Both the position numbers and the translations under genes were made by a program. 64,000 bases of DNA, taken from a virus (Duplodnaviria; Caudoviricetes). The notes beneath the pieces were generated by a model that saw nothing but the letters and a program-made list of their open reading frames with translations, made no database searches and was not told the DNA's origin. The stretch spans positions 128,001-192,000 of the IMG/VR virus record IMGVR_UViG_3300031555_003522. One strand, given 5' to 3'. The stretch's first letter is position 1, and each line of letters begins with the position of its first letter. Positions 1-9,019 of the stretch are shown here, piece by piece.

Positions 1-1
1 T

Positions 2-1333
2 CAGCTTAAGAAATATTATGATGAGAATCTCAGATTCAGCCAGGAAGTTATTAATGTACTCCATCCATATCTCGATCAGGGATATGCTCCCGAATACGAG
101 TTACAAAGATTGATATCTATTTGTAATGGAGCACTTAATGGTAAACAATATTTTTCTGAAAGAGTATTCTCGAATATTGTATTAGAAGTTACTCTTATTG
201 AAGAAATTCCTGTTCTTCGTGGTGATAAACTGTCTAATAGATATGGTGGTAAAGGCATTACCTCCAGAATCAAACCAGATAAGTTTATGCCTAAAACAAA
301 AGATGGACAAACTGTAGATGTTATTCTCAATATGTGTGGTGTTTATGGACGTGAAAATGCTGGTCAGTTGTTTGAGATTACAGTAAGTTATGTATGTATC
401 AAACTGCTTGAGTTTATTCAGACAAATACTCTAGACGTCGGAGAATGTATAAATCTATATTTAACGCTTTTGAAAATAGTGGCGCCATCTATGGTTTCTT
501 ATATGGAAAATATGTTCTCATCTATGGATGAAGATGAGTGTATTAGATATATTGGAAATATTTTGTCTAGCGAGAAATCTATTTATCTTGTCATTGAACC
601 TATGACAGAAAATATGACTATCGATAAAGTAGCAGAACTTTATGAAGCATTTAGCTGGATAAATCAGGAAAAGATGTTGATGCCTATCGTAGACTCTATG
701 GGAGAAGTAAATTATATTCCGTCTAGACGTCCTATGGTTTATGGATATCAATATATCTATAGATTGAAACAGTATGCAGAGGAAAAGTTCTCCGTTACCT
801 CACTATCTGCAACCAATATTAGAAATGAGAATAGTAAATCAAAGAGTTCTAATAACTATAAAGCTCTATATTCCCGCACTCCTATTAGATTCGGCGACAT
901 GGAAACGGGAAATTTAATCCATCTTGGAGCTGAGCTAGTTGTTCAGATGCTTATGCTTTATTCTACATCTCCTAATGCAAGACGTCTTACAGCAGAAATG
1001 CTTACAGGAGATCCTTTCAATATTGATGTAAAACTCGATGATAATTCTACAAATAGAAATGTAGAAATCCTTAATGTGTATCTGAAGACAATGGGTCTAA
1101 AGATTACATTTAAGAAGATTCCCAAAGAAATTAATCATCCTATTCTTATTCAACCAATCACCTTTACCGATCCTAAAGAACACTATGGATCACCTATCAT
1201 ATTCCAGCATCCTGATGAGAAATTCTCTATAGAAGCTGAAGTAGAACGTTTGGTTAATGAGGAAAATGCACCCAAGCATCCTATAGAAATCATTCCCATT
1301 GATTTCCTTAGTGATCTTGAGCCATTTGAATAA
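2..1333 (+). CDS. Phage multisubunit RNA polymerase beta subunit, C-terminal part (5' truncated by window edge)
   Basis: Frame is open from position 2; motifs GDKLSNRYGGKG, VDVILN..GVYGREN.GQL.E, YIYRLKQ and RFGDMET match the RpoB C-terminal regions. Confidence 0.93.
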   Translation, partial: QLKKYYDENLRFSQEVINVLHPYLDQGYAPEYELQRLISICNGALNGKQYFSERVFSNIVLEVTLIEEIPVLRGDKLSNRYGGKGITSRIKPDKFMPKTKDGQTVDVILNMCGVYGRENAGQLFEITVSYVCIKLLEFIQTNTLDVGECINLYLTLLKIVAPSMVSYMENMFSSMDEDECIRYIGNILSSEKSIYLVIEPMTENMTIDKVAELYEAFSWINQEKMLMPIVDSMGEVNYIPSRRPMVYGYQYIYRLKQYAEEKFSVTSLSATNIRNENSKSKSSNNYKALYSRTPIRFGDMETGNLIHLGAELVVQMLMLYSTSPNARRLTAEMLTGDPFNIDVKLDDNSTNRNVEILNVYLKTMGLKITFKKIPKEINHPILIQPITFTDPKEHYGSPIIFQHPDEKFSIEAEVERLVNEENAPKHPIEIIPIDFLSDLEPFE

Positions 1334-1337
1334 AAAT

Positions 1338-1377
1338 ATTATGGGTATAGAGAAAATCTCTATACCCATAATTTCTT
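1338..1377 (+). terminator. Intrinsic terminator hairpin
   Basis: attatgggtatagaga / tctctatacccataat inverted repeat followed by a T-rich tail. Confidence 0.8.
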
Positions 1378-1404
1378 AAAAAATCTTAATTTCTTTTTAG
1401 AATA

Positions 1405-1420
1405 TATATTATTTTTATAG
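1405..1420 (+). promoter_or_regulatory. Early-type promoter motif TATATTAT upstream of the ligase
   Basis: Core matches the motif found at 13 intergenic sites; the 3' part is TAG rather than TGA. Confidence 0.55.
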
Positions 1421-1437
1421 AAAGGAGTTAGATCAAA

Positions 1438-3735
1438 ATGCTTAATAAATTAAAAACAATTCTTAATTCCCTTTTAGAAGGAAGCCTAGAATATCTGACT
1501 GTTGATAATATTACACAAGTATCTCAAGAAGCAGTTAGAATTATTCAAAAGCCCGAGCCATTAGATCAGTATGATGTAATGTGTATGGGTATTATAATTT
1601 CTATTAGTCAGATCGTCTATAATAATACAGATAGATCTATATTATTCTTAGATGATGGCGTTTATGACCTACTGCTTGAAAGATATCGTGTATATAATGA
1701 AAACTTTCAAGTTGGAGCACCGGTTATAAACTTCAATCAAAACGGAGAAGAAACAAAAGAAATCGAATATTCTGAACCTATTAGTTTCATCTCGGATGAT
1801 CCTCAAAAGTTTATAGATAATAGTCTATATTATAATGACTTATCTAAACATCCGCCACTGGACTTGAGGCTATTTCCTCAAATCGATAGAAATTCTGGAG
1901 TATTAATATCAAAGAAGAATGTGAGTGTTCCTCACATGTATCCTAAGCTTGTTGGATCTTTAGATAAATGCAAGTTCACTTTGGATAATGAAGCTATTGA
2001 ACGCGGAGTGTATAATGATCCTTCTGTAAAGATCTTTGAACGAGATTTTCTTGCAAAGCATCTTAGAATGGGTCTTATTGATATGGCTACCCCATTTGAA
2101 TTAATAGCTGAATTAAAGTACGATGGCGTATCTGTAGAGGCTGATGTTACTCATGAAATATTGAGTGCAAGATCCAGAGGAGACGCCAATAATGATCTTG
2201 CAGCAGATATGTCTGAAATCTTTAGAGGATATCGTTTCCCTTATGCAGAGGTATTGCCTAAAGAAGAAGCTTTTGGCATGAAGTTTGAGGCCATCATGTC
2301 TTATGCGGATTTAAATGTAATGGCCGAGCTTAGAGGTAAAGACTACAAGAATAGTCGTAATGGTATCATTGGATTACTCGGTGCATCTGATGCATATAAT
2401 TTCAGAGATCTTATAACTCTTGTACCTCTTGCTACTTCATTTGAAGGTATTGATAGAGTTACAGAAATAGAATTTCTTAATAAGTATTACCATTCTGGAG
2501 AATATCTCAGATATTCTATTCTGCGTGGAACTTATGTAGATATCCTGTATCAAGTATATCAGTTTGTTAAAGAAGCTGAGACTATGAGATCATCTTTACC
2601 TTTTATGTATGATGGAGTAGTTATCTCTTATAGAGATCCGAAGATTATAGAGGCTTTGGGTAGAGAGAATTCTATCAATAAATATAGTATGGCTATCAAG
2701 TTTAATCCATTGGTTAAAGAAACTACCTTTATTGGATACAGCTATACTGTTGGTCAGGATGGAGTAATTACTCCTATGATTCATTATAATGCTGTAGAAT
2801 TCTATGGAACTATTCACACAAAATCTAGCGGTCATTCTTATAAGAGATTTATGGATCTTGGATTGGCTAAGGGCGATGTCATCCAGGTAGAGTATACTAA
2901 TGATGTAATGCCTTATGTAACAAAACCTAGGGTATCTAAAAACTTCATTAATAGAAATCCTCCTATTCCATTCCCGGAGTTCTGTCCTTATTGCAACACC
3001 AAGATTATCATTCATGAATCTGGAAGATCTGCCACATGTCCCAATATGAATTGTCCAGATAGAGTGGTATCTAGAGTTGCTAATATGGCTGCTAAATTAG
3101 GTCTTAAGGATTTTGGAGAAGAGACTTTTAGACGCCTTGGAACCAGATCTCTGACAGAGATGTTCAATTACACCTATGACGATCTTGCAATACTTGGGCC
3201 TTTAAACGCCGAAAAGCTACTGAGTAGAATAAATGAGCTCAAAACAACACCAATATATGATTTTAAAGCCATCGGTGCTATTGGATTTACAAGTGTTGCT
3301 ATTGAAACATGGAAGAAGATCCTCAATGTATTACCGTTTGCAAGAATTATTACAGATTCTGATGCAGATCTTTATGATGATCTTGTATCTATTAAGGGTA
3401 TTGGCCCAAAGATTGCTGAGACAATAGTAAATGAAAGAGTCTATTTAAAGGACGACATTAATTCTATTTTCTCTATGCCGAATATTGTATCCTCCCTTGG
3501 AATGAAAGCAAGTAAAGTTATAAGATTCACTGGCTGTAGACCAGATGACGACTTGTATAACTATCTTTGTTCAAGAGGCTGTGATGCAAATAAGGACGGA
3601 AGTGTGACTAAGAATACAGACGTTCTTGTTGTTCCCTATATTGGGTTTACTTCATCTAAAACAAGTAAAGTTGGTTTAGGTACAAGAGTTGTAGACATGG
3701 TCGCATTCAGAGCAAATCCTGACATGTATTTATAG
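1438..3735 (+). CDS. ligA: NAD-dependent DNA ligase
   Basis: ELKYDGVS adenylation motif, SRG, YDGVVI, AIKF, VGQDGVITP, Zn finger CPYC...CPNMNC, HhH KGIGPKIA, C-terminal BRCT-like IRFTG. Confidence 0.95.
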   Translation: MLNKLKTILNSLLEGSLEYLTVDNITQVSQEAVRIIQKPEPLDQYDVMCMGIIISISQIVYNNTDRSILFLDDGVYDLLLERYRVYNENFQVGAPVINFNQNGEETKEIEYSEPISFISDDPQKFIDNSLYYNDLSKHPPLDLRLFPQIDRNSGVLISKKNVSVPHMYPKLVGSLDKCKFTLDNEAIERGVYNDPSVKIFERDFLAKHLRMGLIDMATPFELIAELKYDGVSVEADVTHEILSARSRGDANNDLAADMSEIFRGYRFPYAEVLPKEEAFGMKFEAIMSYADLNVMAELRGKDYKNSRNGIIGLLGASDAYNFRDLITLVPLATSFEGIDRVTEIEFLNKYYHSGEYLRYSILRGTYVDILYQVYQFVKEAETMRSSLPFMYDGVVISYRDPKIIEALGRENSINKYSMAIKFNPLVKETTFIGYSYTVGQDGVITPMIHYNAVEFYGTIHTKSSGHSYKRFMDLGLAKGDVIQVEYTNDVMPYVTKPRVSKNFINRNPPIPFPEFCPYCNTKIIIHESGRSATCPNMNCPDRVVSRVANMAAKLGLKDFGEETFRRLGTRSLTEMFNYTYDDLAILGPLNAEKLLSRINELKTTPIYDFKAIGAIGFTSVAIETWKKILNVLPFARIITDSDADLYDDLVSIKGIGPKIAETIVNERVYLKDDINSIFSMPNIVSSLGMKASKVIRFTGCRPDDDLYNYLCSRGCDANKDGSVTKNTDVLVVPYIGFTSSKTSKVGLGTRVVDMVAFRANPDMYL

Positions 3736-3775
3736 TCTGTAAAATCTTACAAAATTATAAACTGATTATTAAACG

Positions 3776-3791
3776 TATATTATAAGTTTGA
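3776..3791 (+). promoter_or_regulatory. Early-type promoter TATATTAT-N5-TGA
   Basis: Exact motif; followed by a leader hairpin at 3796-3821. Confidence 0.65.
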
Positions 3792-3851
3792 TCTGAGCCT
3801 CTCGGGTAGACTCGAGAGGCTTTAATCATAATACAAGGAGGACAAAAAGTC

Positions 3852-4466
3852 ATGAGCAAACAATTCGAACTCGGTAATACCTCTATCCCCAGTCAGTTTA
3901 GCGTAAATTTGAAAAATAATTACGGTCTGATCTGGCTGGAAGCTAGAACCGCGGACTTCTATCGTGTAGTCCTTGGAACTTTTGCAGATTGCTGCAGACT
4001 GTATCAGTCTAAGGCAAATTCTCGTATCGGCCTGTCCCTTAAGGATGATAAGGGCAATTTTATCTTTGGCACTATTCTGTCTTTCCAGAAGCCTGAGGAA
4101 GAGTCTGAAGATGATTCCGGTAACTGGTATCTGGAATTCACTATGGATGAGGCCGACATGATTGATCTCGATATTGATATTGACAATCATAGCCGTGAAT
4201 TCATCCAGACTGCTATTCTGAAATGCAATTCTGTTATGAATGGTCGTTTCAAGAATACAGAAGTTCTGTATCATATGTTTATCGAAGCAATTAATACACT
4301 CACCACCTTCCTTGATGTAAACGCTACCGAAGGTGAGGAAGTTGAAGTTGTTTTGCGTGCAGTATTTACTGCTACTGTTGCATACGATGATGAAGGAAAG
4401 AAAATCTTCTCCATCATTCCTGGTGAATATATTAAGCAGCTCATTAAGAACGATGCTGCTCTGTGA
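3852..4466 (+). CDS. Hypothetical acidic protein (early)
   Basis: 204-aa ORF with AAGGAGG RBS and biased codon usage. Confidence 0.8.
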   Translation: MSKQFELGNTSIPSQFSVNLKNNYGLIWLEARTADFYRVVLGTFADCCRLYQSKANSRIGLSLKDDKGNFIFGTILSFQKPEEESEDDSGNWYLEFTMDEADMIDLDIDIDNHSREFIQTAILKCNSVMNGRFKNTEVLYHMFIEAINTLTTFLDVNATEGEEVEVVLRAVFTATVAYDDEGKKIFSIIPGEYIKQLIKNDAAL

Positions 4467-4480
4467 TTTAAATCACGATG

Positions 4481-4513
4481 ACCGGATGGGGTCTTCCCAT
4501 CCGGTTTATTTTT
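4481..4513 (+). terminator. Intrinsic terminator
   Basis: accggatggg / cccatccggt plus T tract. Confidence 0.75.
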
Positions 4514-4540
4514 AATCTTCTAGAAAGGGGTTATAAACCT

Positions 4541-5203
4541 ATGTCTTTAGTAAAGGCTAAAATAGGTGAAACCATCTATGATGTAGTCAGCTACGAAGAA
4601 TATTATAGAAATATGTCACTATATCCAGCAGCATATACTGCTATTAGATATGGTGATGGGTATATATATCCCATTAGACCTCTGTCTGACTATAGACCTG
4701 GCGCATATATGACAGGATGTTTGGATGTTTTTAAACCTCCTACGACTGCTACAGAATGCGCTATGTATAGTGAACAGAATATCATAGATTTCACTAAGGC
4801 TGAAGGTATGAGAGATCTCATAACCTGTAGCCAGATGCTCAATGCCGCAGAGAGATCTATTCTTACAAATATAGACAACCTATTTATTCCCGATATTGGT
4901 GAGAATGATACTCCTGAAATGCAGGCTCTTAAACAGGCGATTATTGCAAAGCATATAGATCTCGATAAGTATGAACCTCGGTTTGGCCCTAATTATAATA
5001 ATGATAAGAGACTTCTGAGGAAGGATAGAATCACATTTGATAAATTCCGTACAATTGGTGAATGTTTGGATATTAAGGCAACTTTAACCATTGAAGATGC
5101 TAACCCTGATGTTCCTAATCCTATTGGACGAGCTATTAGTGTAGAAATTACTGGCCGTCCTATGTCTATCGATGGCGATGGTGAAGTGGAGGTACAGGAA
5201 TGA
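4541..5203 (+). CDS. Hypothetical protein
   Basis: ATG at 4541 follows a GAAAGGGG RBS (the track start at 4478 overlaps the terminator); stop overlaps the next ATG (ATGA). Confidence 0.75.
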   Translation: MSLVKAKIGETIYDVVSYEEYYRNMSLYPAAYTAIRYGDGYIYPIRPLSDYRPGAYMTGCLDVFKPPTTATECAMYSEQNIIDFTKAEGMRDLITCSQMLNAAERSILTNIDNLFIPDIGENDTPEMQALKQAIIAKHIDLDKYEPRFGPNYNNDKRLLRKDRITFDKFRTIGECLDIKATLTIEDANPDVPNPIGRAISVEITGRPMSIDGDGEVEVQE

Positions 5204-6975
5204 ATCAACGTGAAGCCATTGCTGGTTTTATAAATGAAAACCGAGCAAAATTTAATCCGTTATTCTTTCAAAGAGATGAAGATGAAATCATCAAAGAATT
5301 GATGAATGTAATTAAATCTTGTGAAAGAGATAATAAGTATTTTACTATTAAAGTACAATCATATAGAATCATTGATGATTATGATGAAATCAATCAGATT
5401 CTCTTTGATTATTATGAGAGTACTACAAAAAATAAATCCAAGGCTAAGAAACGAGACAATCAATATGGATTTATTAATCTTAATGAGTCTTATATTAGAC
5501 TCTTGATTGTGACTTATTATGTCAAGGATAGTAAAGAGGATGGTACAATTGATGTTGTGATCGCTGTACCTAGAATTATTGATAGATACTATTTCAAGAT
5601 TAATGGAATTATGAGATCCACTCTGTTCCAGATAGTCGATGGTAGTACCTATAATAATGGTACTTCTAATGCTAAAACTCCTAGTATTACTCTTAAGATT
5701 ATCTTTATGGCAACAAGAGTTACAAGATATTTCTTAAGTGTAAAAACAACTGAAGGAGACGAATTAAAGCTTACACATTATTACTCTCGTATCTTTAGTA
5801 AGGGTGTGAGCGCTGCAAAATATATATTTGCAAAGTTTGGCTTCTTAGGAGGATTAGATTTCTTCGGTCTTGCAAATGGATCTATCTTTATTACCAAAAA
5901 TGATCCTTGTGATACTAGCCTATATACCATTCAGTTACAGAATGAATGTTATATAAATAGTCCTAAAATGATTCTTGATAATAATGTGCTTGTACAATCT
6001 GTTATAGCAACACTATATCAAAATATCATTCCTTCTATGGATTATGAGACTATCTTTGATCCTGTTTTCTGGGTAAGAAGCCTTGGAGTAGAATTTAGTG
6101 GTGGCGGAGCCGAAAGACTTGCTGCTATTATGGATCCTGAAGATGATACCGTTACAGATACCTACGATAAAGGTTGTAGCATTCTTGATTCTTTCGAATC
6201 TATATATGATATCAGTACAAGAGAGTCTATTAAGCTCCCTGAAGAAGATAAAGCTACCACTTATCATATTCTTAGATGGATTATGAGAGAATTTAATGCC
6301 CTCAGAGTAAAGGATAATCTTGACATTAGTTGTAAGAAAATTCGATTCGCTGAGTATATTGCATCTCTCTATGCGTTTAAGATCGCTAAGGGTATATATC
6401 GTGTATCTGATATGAATAAGAAGGCTAGTATATTAAGCATTCGTAAAGCTATTAGAACCGATCCGAATTTCCTTTTAGCCGCTATAACCAAATCTAAAAT
6501 GGTATCTTATCGTAATATGGTTAGCGATATGGATTCTATGCAAGCCCTTAAATTCACATATAAAGGTGTATCTGGACTTGGAGAGAATTCTAATCAGTCT
6601 ATTCCTGATATTTATCGTTCTATTCATCCTAGTCATATAGGAAGAGTAGACCTTGATGCGTCTTCTGATGGTAATCCTGGTATTACTGGAACAATCTGTC
6701 CTTTCGCATCTATCTATGACGGCTTCTTTGAAGATTATCAGGAGCCTAATAGCTGGGAACAGGATTTTATGTCTGTAATGGATGACTATAAGAAAGCTAC
6801 CAATTTGAAAGATGCTATGATCTTTGAAGAAAAAATTCTTGGTACGGATAGACATGAAGATATAGAAGCTACCTCTGAAGTCATCGCTACGATGCAACAA
6901 ATCATTAAACCTGTTCTTTTTGCAGATCAGGGAGAGATTGTTTCATTGGAGGATGTTTATAATGGCAGCTATTAA
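5200..6975 (+). CDS. Phage RNA polymerase beta subunit, N-terminal part
   Basis: YFKING...QI and RSIHPSHIGRVDLDASSDGNPGITG correspond to RpoB FIING and H.SHYGR.CP..TPEG.N.GL. Confidence 0.88.
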   Translation: MNQREAIAGFINENRAKFNPLFFQRDEDEIIKELMNVIKSCERDNKYFTIKVQSYRIIDDYDEINQILFDYYESTTKNKSKAKKRDNQYGFINLNESYIRLLIVTYYVKDSKEDGTIDVVIAVPRIIDRYYFKINGIMRSTLFQIVDGSTYNNGTSNAKTPSITLKIIFMATRVTRYFLSVKTTEGDELKLTHYYSRIFSKGVSAAKYIFAKFGFLGGLDFFGLANGSIFITKNDPCDTSLYTIQLQNECYINSPKMILDNNVLVQSVIATLYQNIIPSMDYETIFDPVFWVRSLGVEFSGGGAERLAAIMDPEDDTVTDTYDKGCSILDSFESIYDISTRESIKLPEEDKATTYHILRWIMREFNALRVKDNLDISCKKIRFAEYIASLYAFKIAKGIYRVSDMNKKASILSIRKAIRTDPNFLLAAITKSKMVSYRNMVSDMDSMQALKFTYKGVSGLGENSNQSIPDIYRSIHPSHIGRVDLDASSDGNPGITGTICPFASIYDGFFEDYQEPNSWEQDFMSVMDDYKKATNLKDAMIFEEKILGTDRHEDIEATSEVIATMQQIIKPVLFADQGEIVSLEDVYNGSY

Positions 6976-7189
6976 ATACTTCCTGTATTCCTCTGAGCAA
7001 CTTAAACTTAGAAAGTCTGTAGAATCTAAGATGGGAAGAGTTTTTAGAACTGGTACAGTTATTGTGAATGGAAAGAGAAAGCCATTTACAGAACTGTCAT
7101 CTAAGCCTACATCTAGATTCTCAGATGCTATAGTTGTTGCTTCTGGGGATCCTACCTTGATGAACTATACACTGCCTGAAGGAGGCTAA
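6962..7189 (+). CDS. Small basic hypothetical protein
   Basis: ATG at 6962 after GGAGG; overlaps the upstream stop. Confidence 0.65.
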   Translation: MAAIKYFLYSSEQLKLRKSVESKMGRVFRTGTVIVNGKRKPFTELSSKPTSRFSDAIVVASGDPTLMNYTLPEGG

Positions 7190-7190
7190 T

Positions 7191-7466
7191 ATGTCATCAA
7201 AGAAGTTTAAGAATAAGCTTAAAGGTAAAAACAATAAAACAGCTTATTCTGTACCCGAGTATAATCACTATACTCAGTTTAAAGAAATCCATTTGGCATC
7301 AGATGGAATACTTACCATATGTAAAGCTATAACCATAGATGGTGTAGAAGAATTTTACGTATGGGATAACCCTAAACATCGTGAATTAGTTCGAAAGAAT
7401 TGTATCAAAGATGTAAAAATTATAGAAGGCCCTAATTTGGGTAAGGGGTGGAATTATGGAATCTAA
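7191..7466 (+). CDS. Hypothetical protein
   Basis: AGGAGG RBS; tight operon packing. Confidence 0.7.
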   Translation: MSSKKFKNKLKGKNNKTAYSVPEYNHYTQFKEIHLASDGILTICKAITIDGVEEFYVWDNPKHRELVRKNCIKDVKIIEGPNLGKGWNYGI

Positions 7467-7794
7467 TAAAGAAATCCAAATAGAGCCTATAGAGATTTAT
7501 GGAGCAGGCGGATGTCCAAATTGTTCCTCAACTCTATATGTTGCTGATTCCGAATTAACTCTAATGGAAGTTAATAGAGATGGGATTCCTATCTCAGAAA
7601 CAACCACAATAACCTGTAAAGCCATATGCCCTAATTGTGGAACAAGAATACCTATGATGAGATACAATGGAGCATATGTTCCTTATAGTATTGATGCAGA
7701 GATTTGGAACGAAATTCAAAGAAAAGATAGAGCTGAGGCTCGTCTTAAGCAATTGAATGGTAATTCAAACCCTCTGGTAAATGAAGATACATGA
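7456..7794 (+). CDS. Zinc-ribbon protein
   Basis: CPNC ... CPNC pairs. Confidence 0.7.
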   Translation: MESNKEIQIEPIEIYGAGGCPNCSSTLYVADSELTLMEVNRDGIPISETTTITCKAICPNCGTRIPMMRYNGAYVPYSIDAEIWNEIQRKDRAEARLKQLNGNSNPLVNEDT

Positions 7795-7828
7795 GGATAT
7801 TTAATAAAATTATTAAGGAGGAAGAAAG

Positions 7829-8515
7829 ATGAAAACCGCATATGCCAGCTTAAAGACTCATTTTGATACTATGATAATGGGTGGTAGACGTAGATATAGA
7901 CCTGATGGTTATGAATCTCTGCGCGATACCTATGAAATTGCATATGATATCAAGATTCCTTTGTTCGATATTTATAGGGAAAAACTCGATTGTAATACGA
8001 ACCCTATTGGTTATATCGCAACTCTTATGGGCCCCGAAGCAAAGGTTGATGATATTCCCTTTGGAATTATGGTAGATGGGGATAATATTGTTTATAGCCA
8101 TGCTATAAATGAAGATTACAGAAGCATAATTACAGATAAGCAGATATCTATATATATCTGTGAAGTATATTCTGCCATTAGAGGCATTATTAAGCAGGAT
8201 AAGTTCTATCTTGGCGATAAAGAAGCTAGAACTAATATGCTTGTAGCTGTAACTCGTGCTCTCCCCTTCTATTTAACCTTCTTCCACTTTAAGGCTATCC
8301 TTTCGAATGGATCTATTAGCGGAGACCCCAAGATTATTGGAGAAAAAGCATCAGAAGCATTTGTGATGATTCTTGAGAAGTATATCACAAATACAGAAGA
8401 AGATGCTAAAGCTCTTTTGGAATTCCTTCTGAATAAGAATAATACATTCAGCGATGATATATCCATTATTTACCGTCAGATGACGTTTAATAATAAGATT
8501 GAACTGTTTGTATAA
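7829..8515 (+). CDS. Hypothetical protein
   Basis: AAGGAGG RBS, 228 aa. Confidence 0.75.
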   Translation: MKTAYASLKTHFDTMIMGGRRRYRPDGYESLRDTYEIAYDIKIPLFDIYREKLDCNTNPIGYIATLMGPEAKVDDIPFGIMVDGDNIVYSHAINEDYRSIITDKQISIYICEVYSAIRGIIKQDKFYLGDKEARTNMLVAVTRALPFYLTFFHFKAILSNGSISGDPKIIGEKASEAFVMILEKYITNTEEDAKALLEFLLNKNNTFSDDISIIYRQMTFNNKIELFV

Positions 8516-8581
8516 CTTATAAAATAAATGCGGGCGAGATTACATCAAACCCGCATTCTTTTTTGAAAGGAGAATCGATTT

Positions 8582-8926
8582 ATGGCTGCAAATAAACCAT
8601 ATGACATAACTCCGATTCCTCAAGAACCTATAGAAGAAGGACTTATAAATCCTATTATCTTTAATAGACCCGATATGTGCCCAAATTGTAAATCGCAAAA
8701 GGTAGAGCTTATGAGCTTTAATAACTATCCTCAAGGATATAATGGAGCCGTAGATGCTTTTCTATCTGGTTACTTGGTAACATTCGATAAATATGAGATA
8801 AGAAGTATGAGATGTAAGTCCTGTACTAAAGAATTTGTTATCGATTGGGCTGAGGGATTCCCAAAACCCTTAAGAGACACAGATAAAAGTAATATTTTCT
8901 TTATGGAATTTCTTGCAGGTATATGA
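8582..8926 (+). CDS. Zinc-ribbon protein
   Basis: CPNC ... CKSC pairs; AAGGAG RBS. Confidence 0.7.
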   Translation: MAANKPYDITPIPQEPIEEGLINPIIFNRPDMCPNCKSQKVELMSFNNYPQGYNGAVDAFLSGYLVTFDKYEIRSMRCKSCTKEFVIDWAEGFPKPLRDTDKSNIFFMEFLAGI

Positions 8927-8983
8927 CCACTATCGTTTATAAACGATAGTGGTTAGTTATTTTTATCACAATACCTGTCCTAT

Positions 8984-8995
8984 AACTACCTAATA
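8984..8995 (+). promoter_or_regulatory. AACT-N6-TA promoter motif upstream of sbcC
   Basis: AACT ACCTAA TA, 25 nt before the ATG. Confidence 0.6.
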
Positions 8996-9019
8996 AGGTG
9001 CATTTAGGAGGCAACAAAA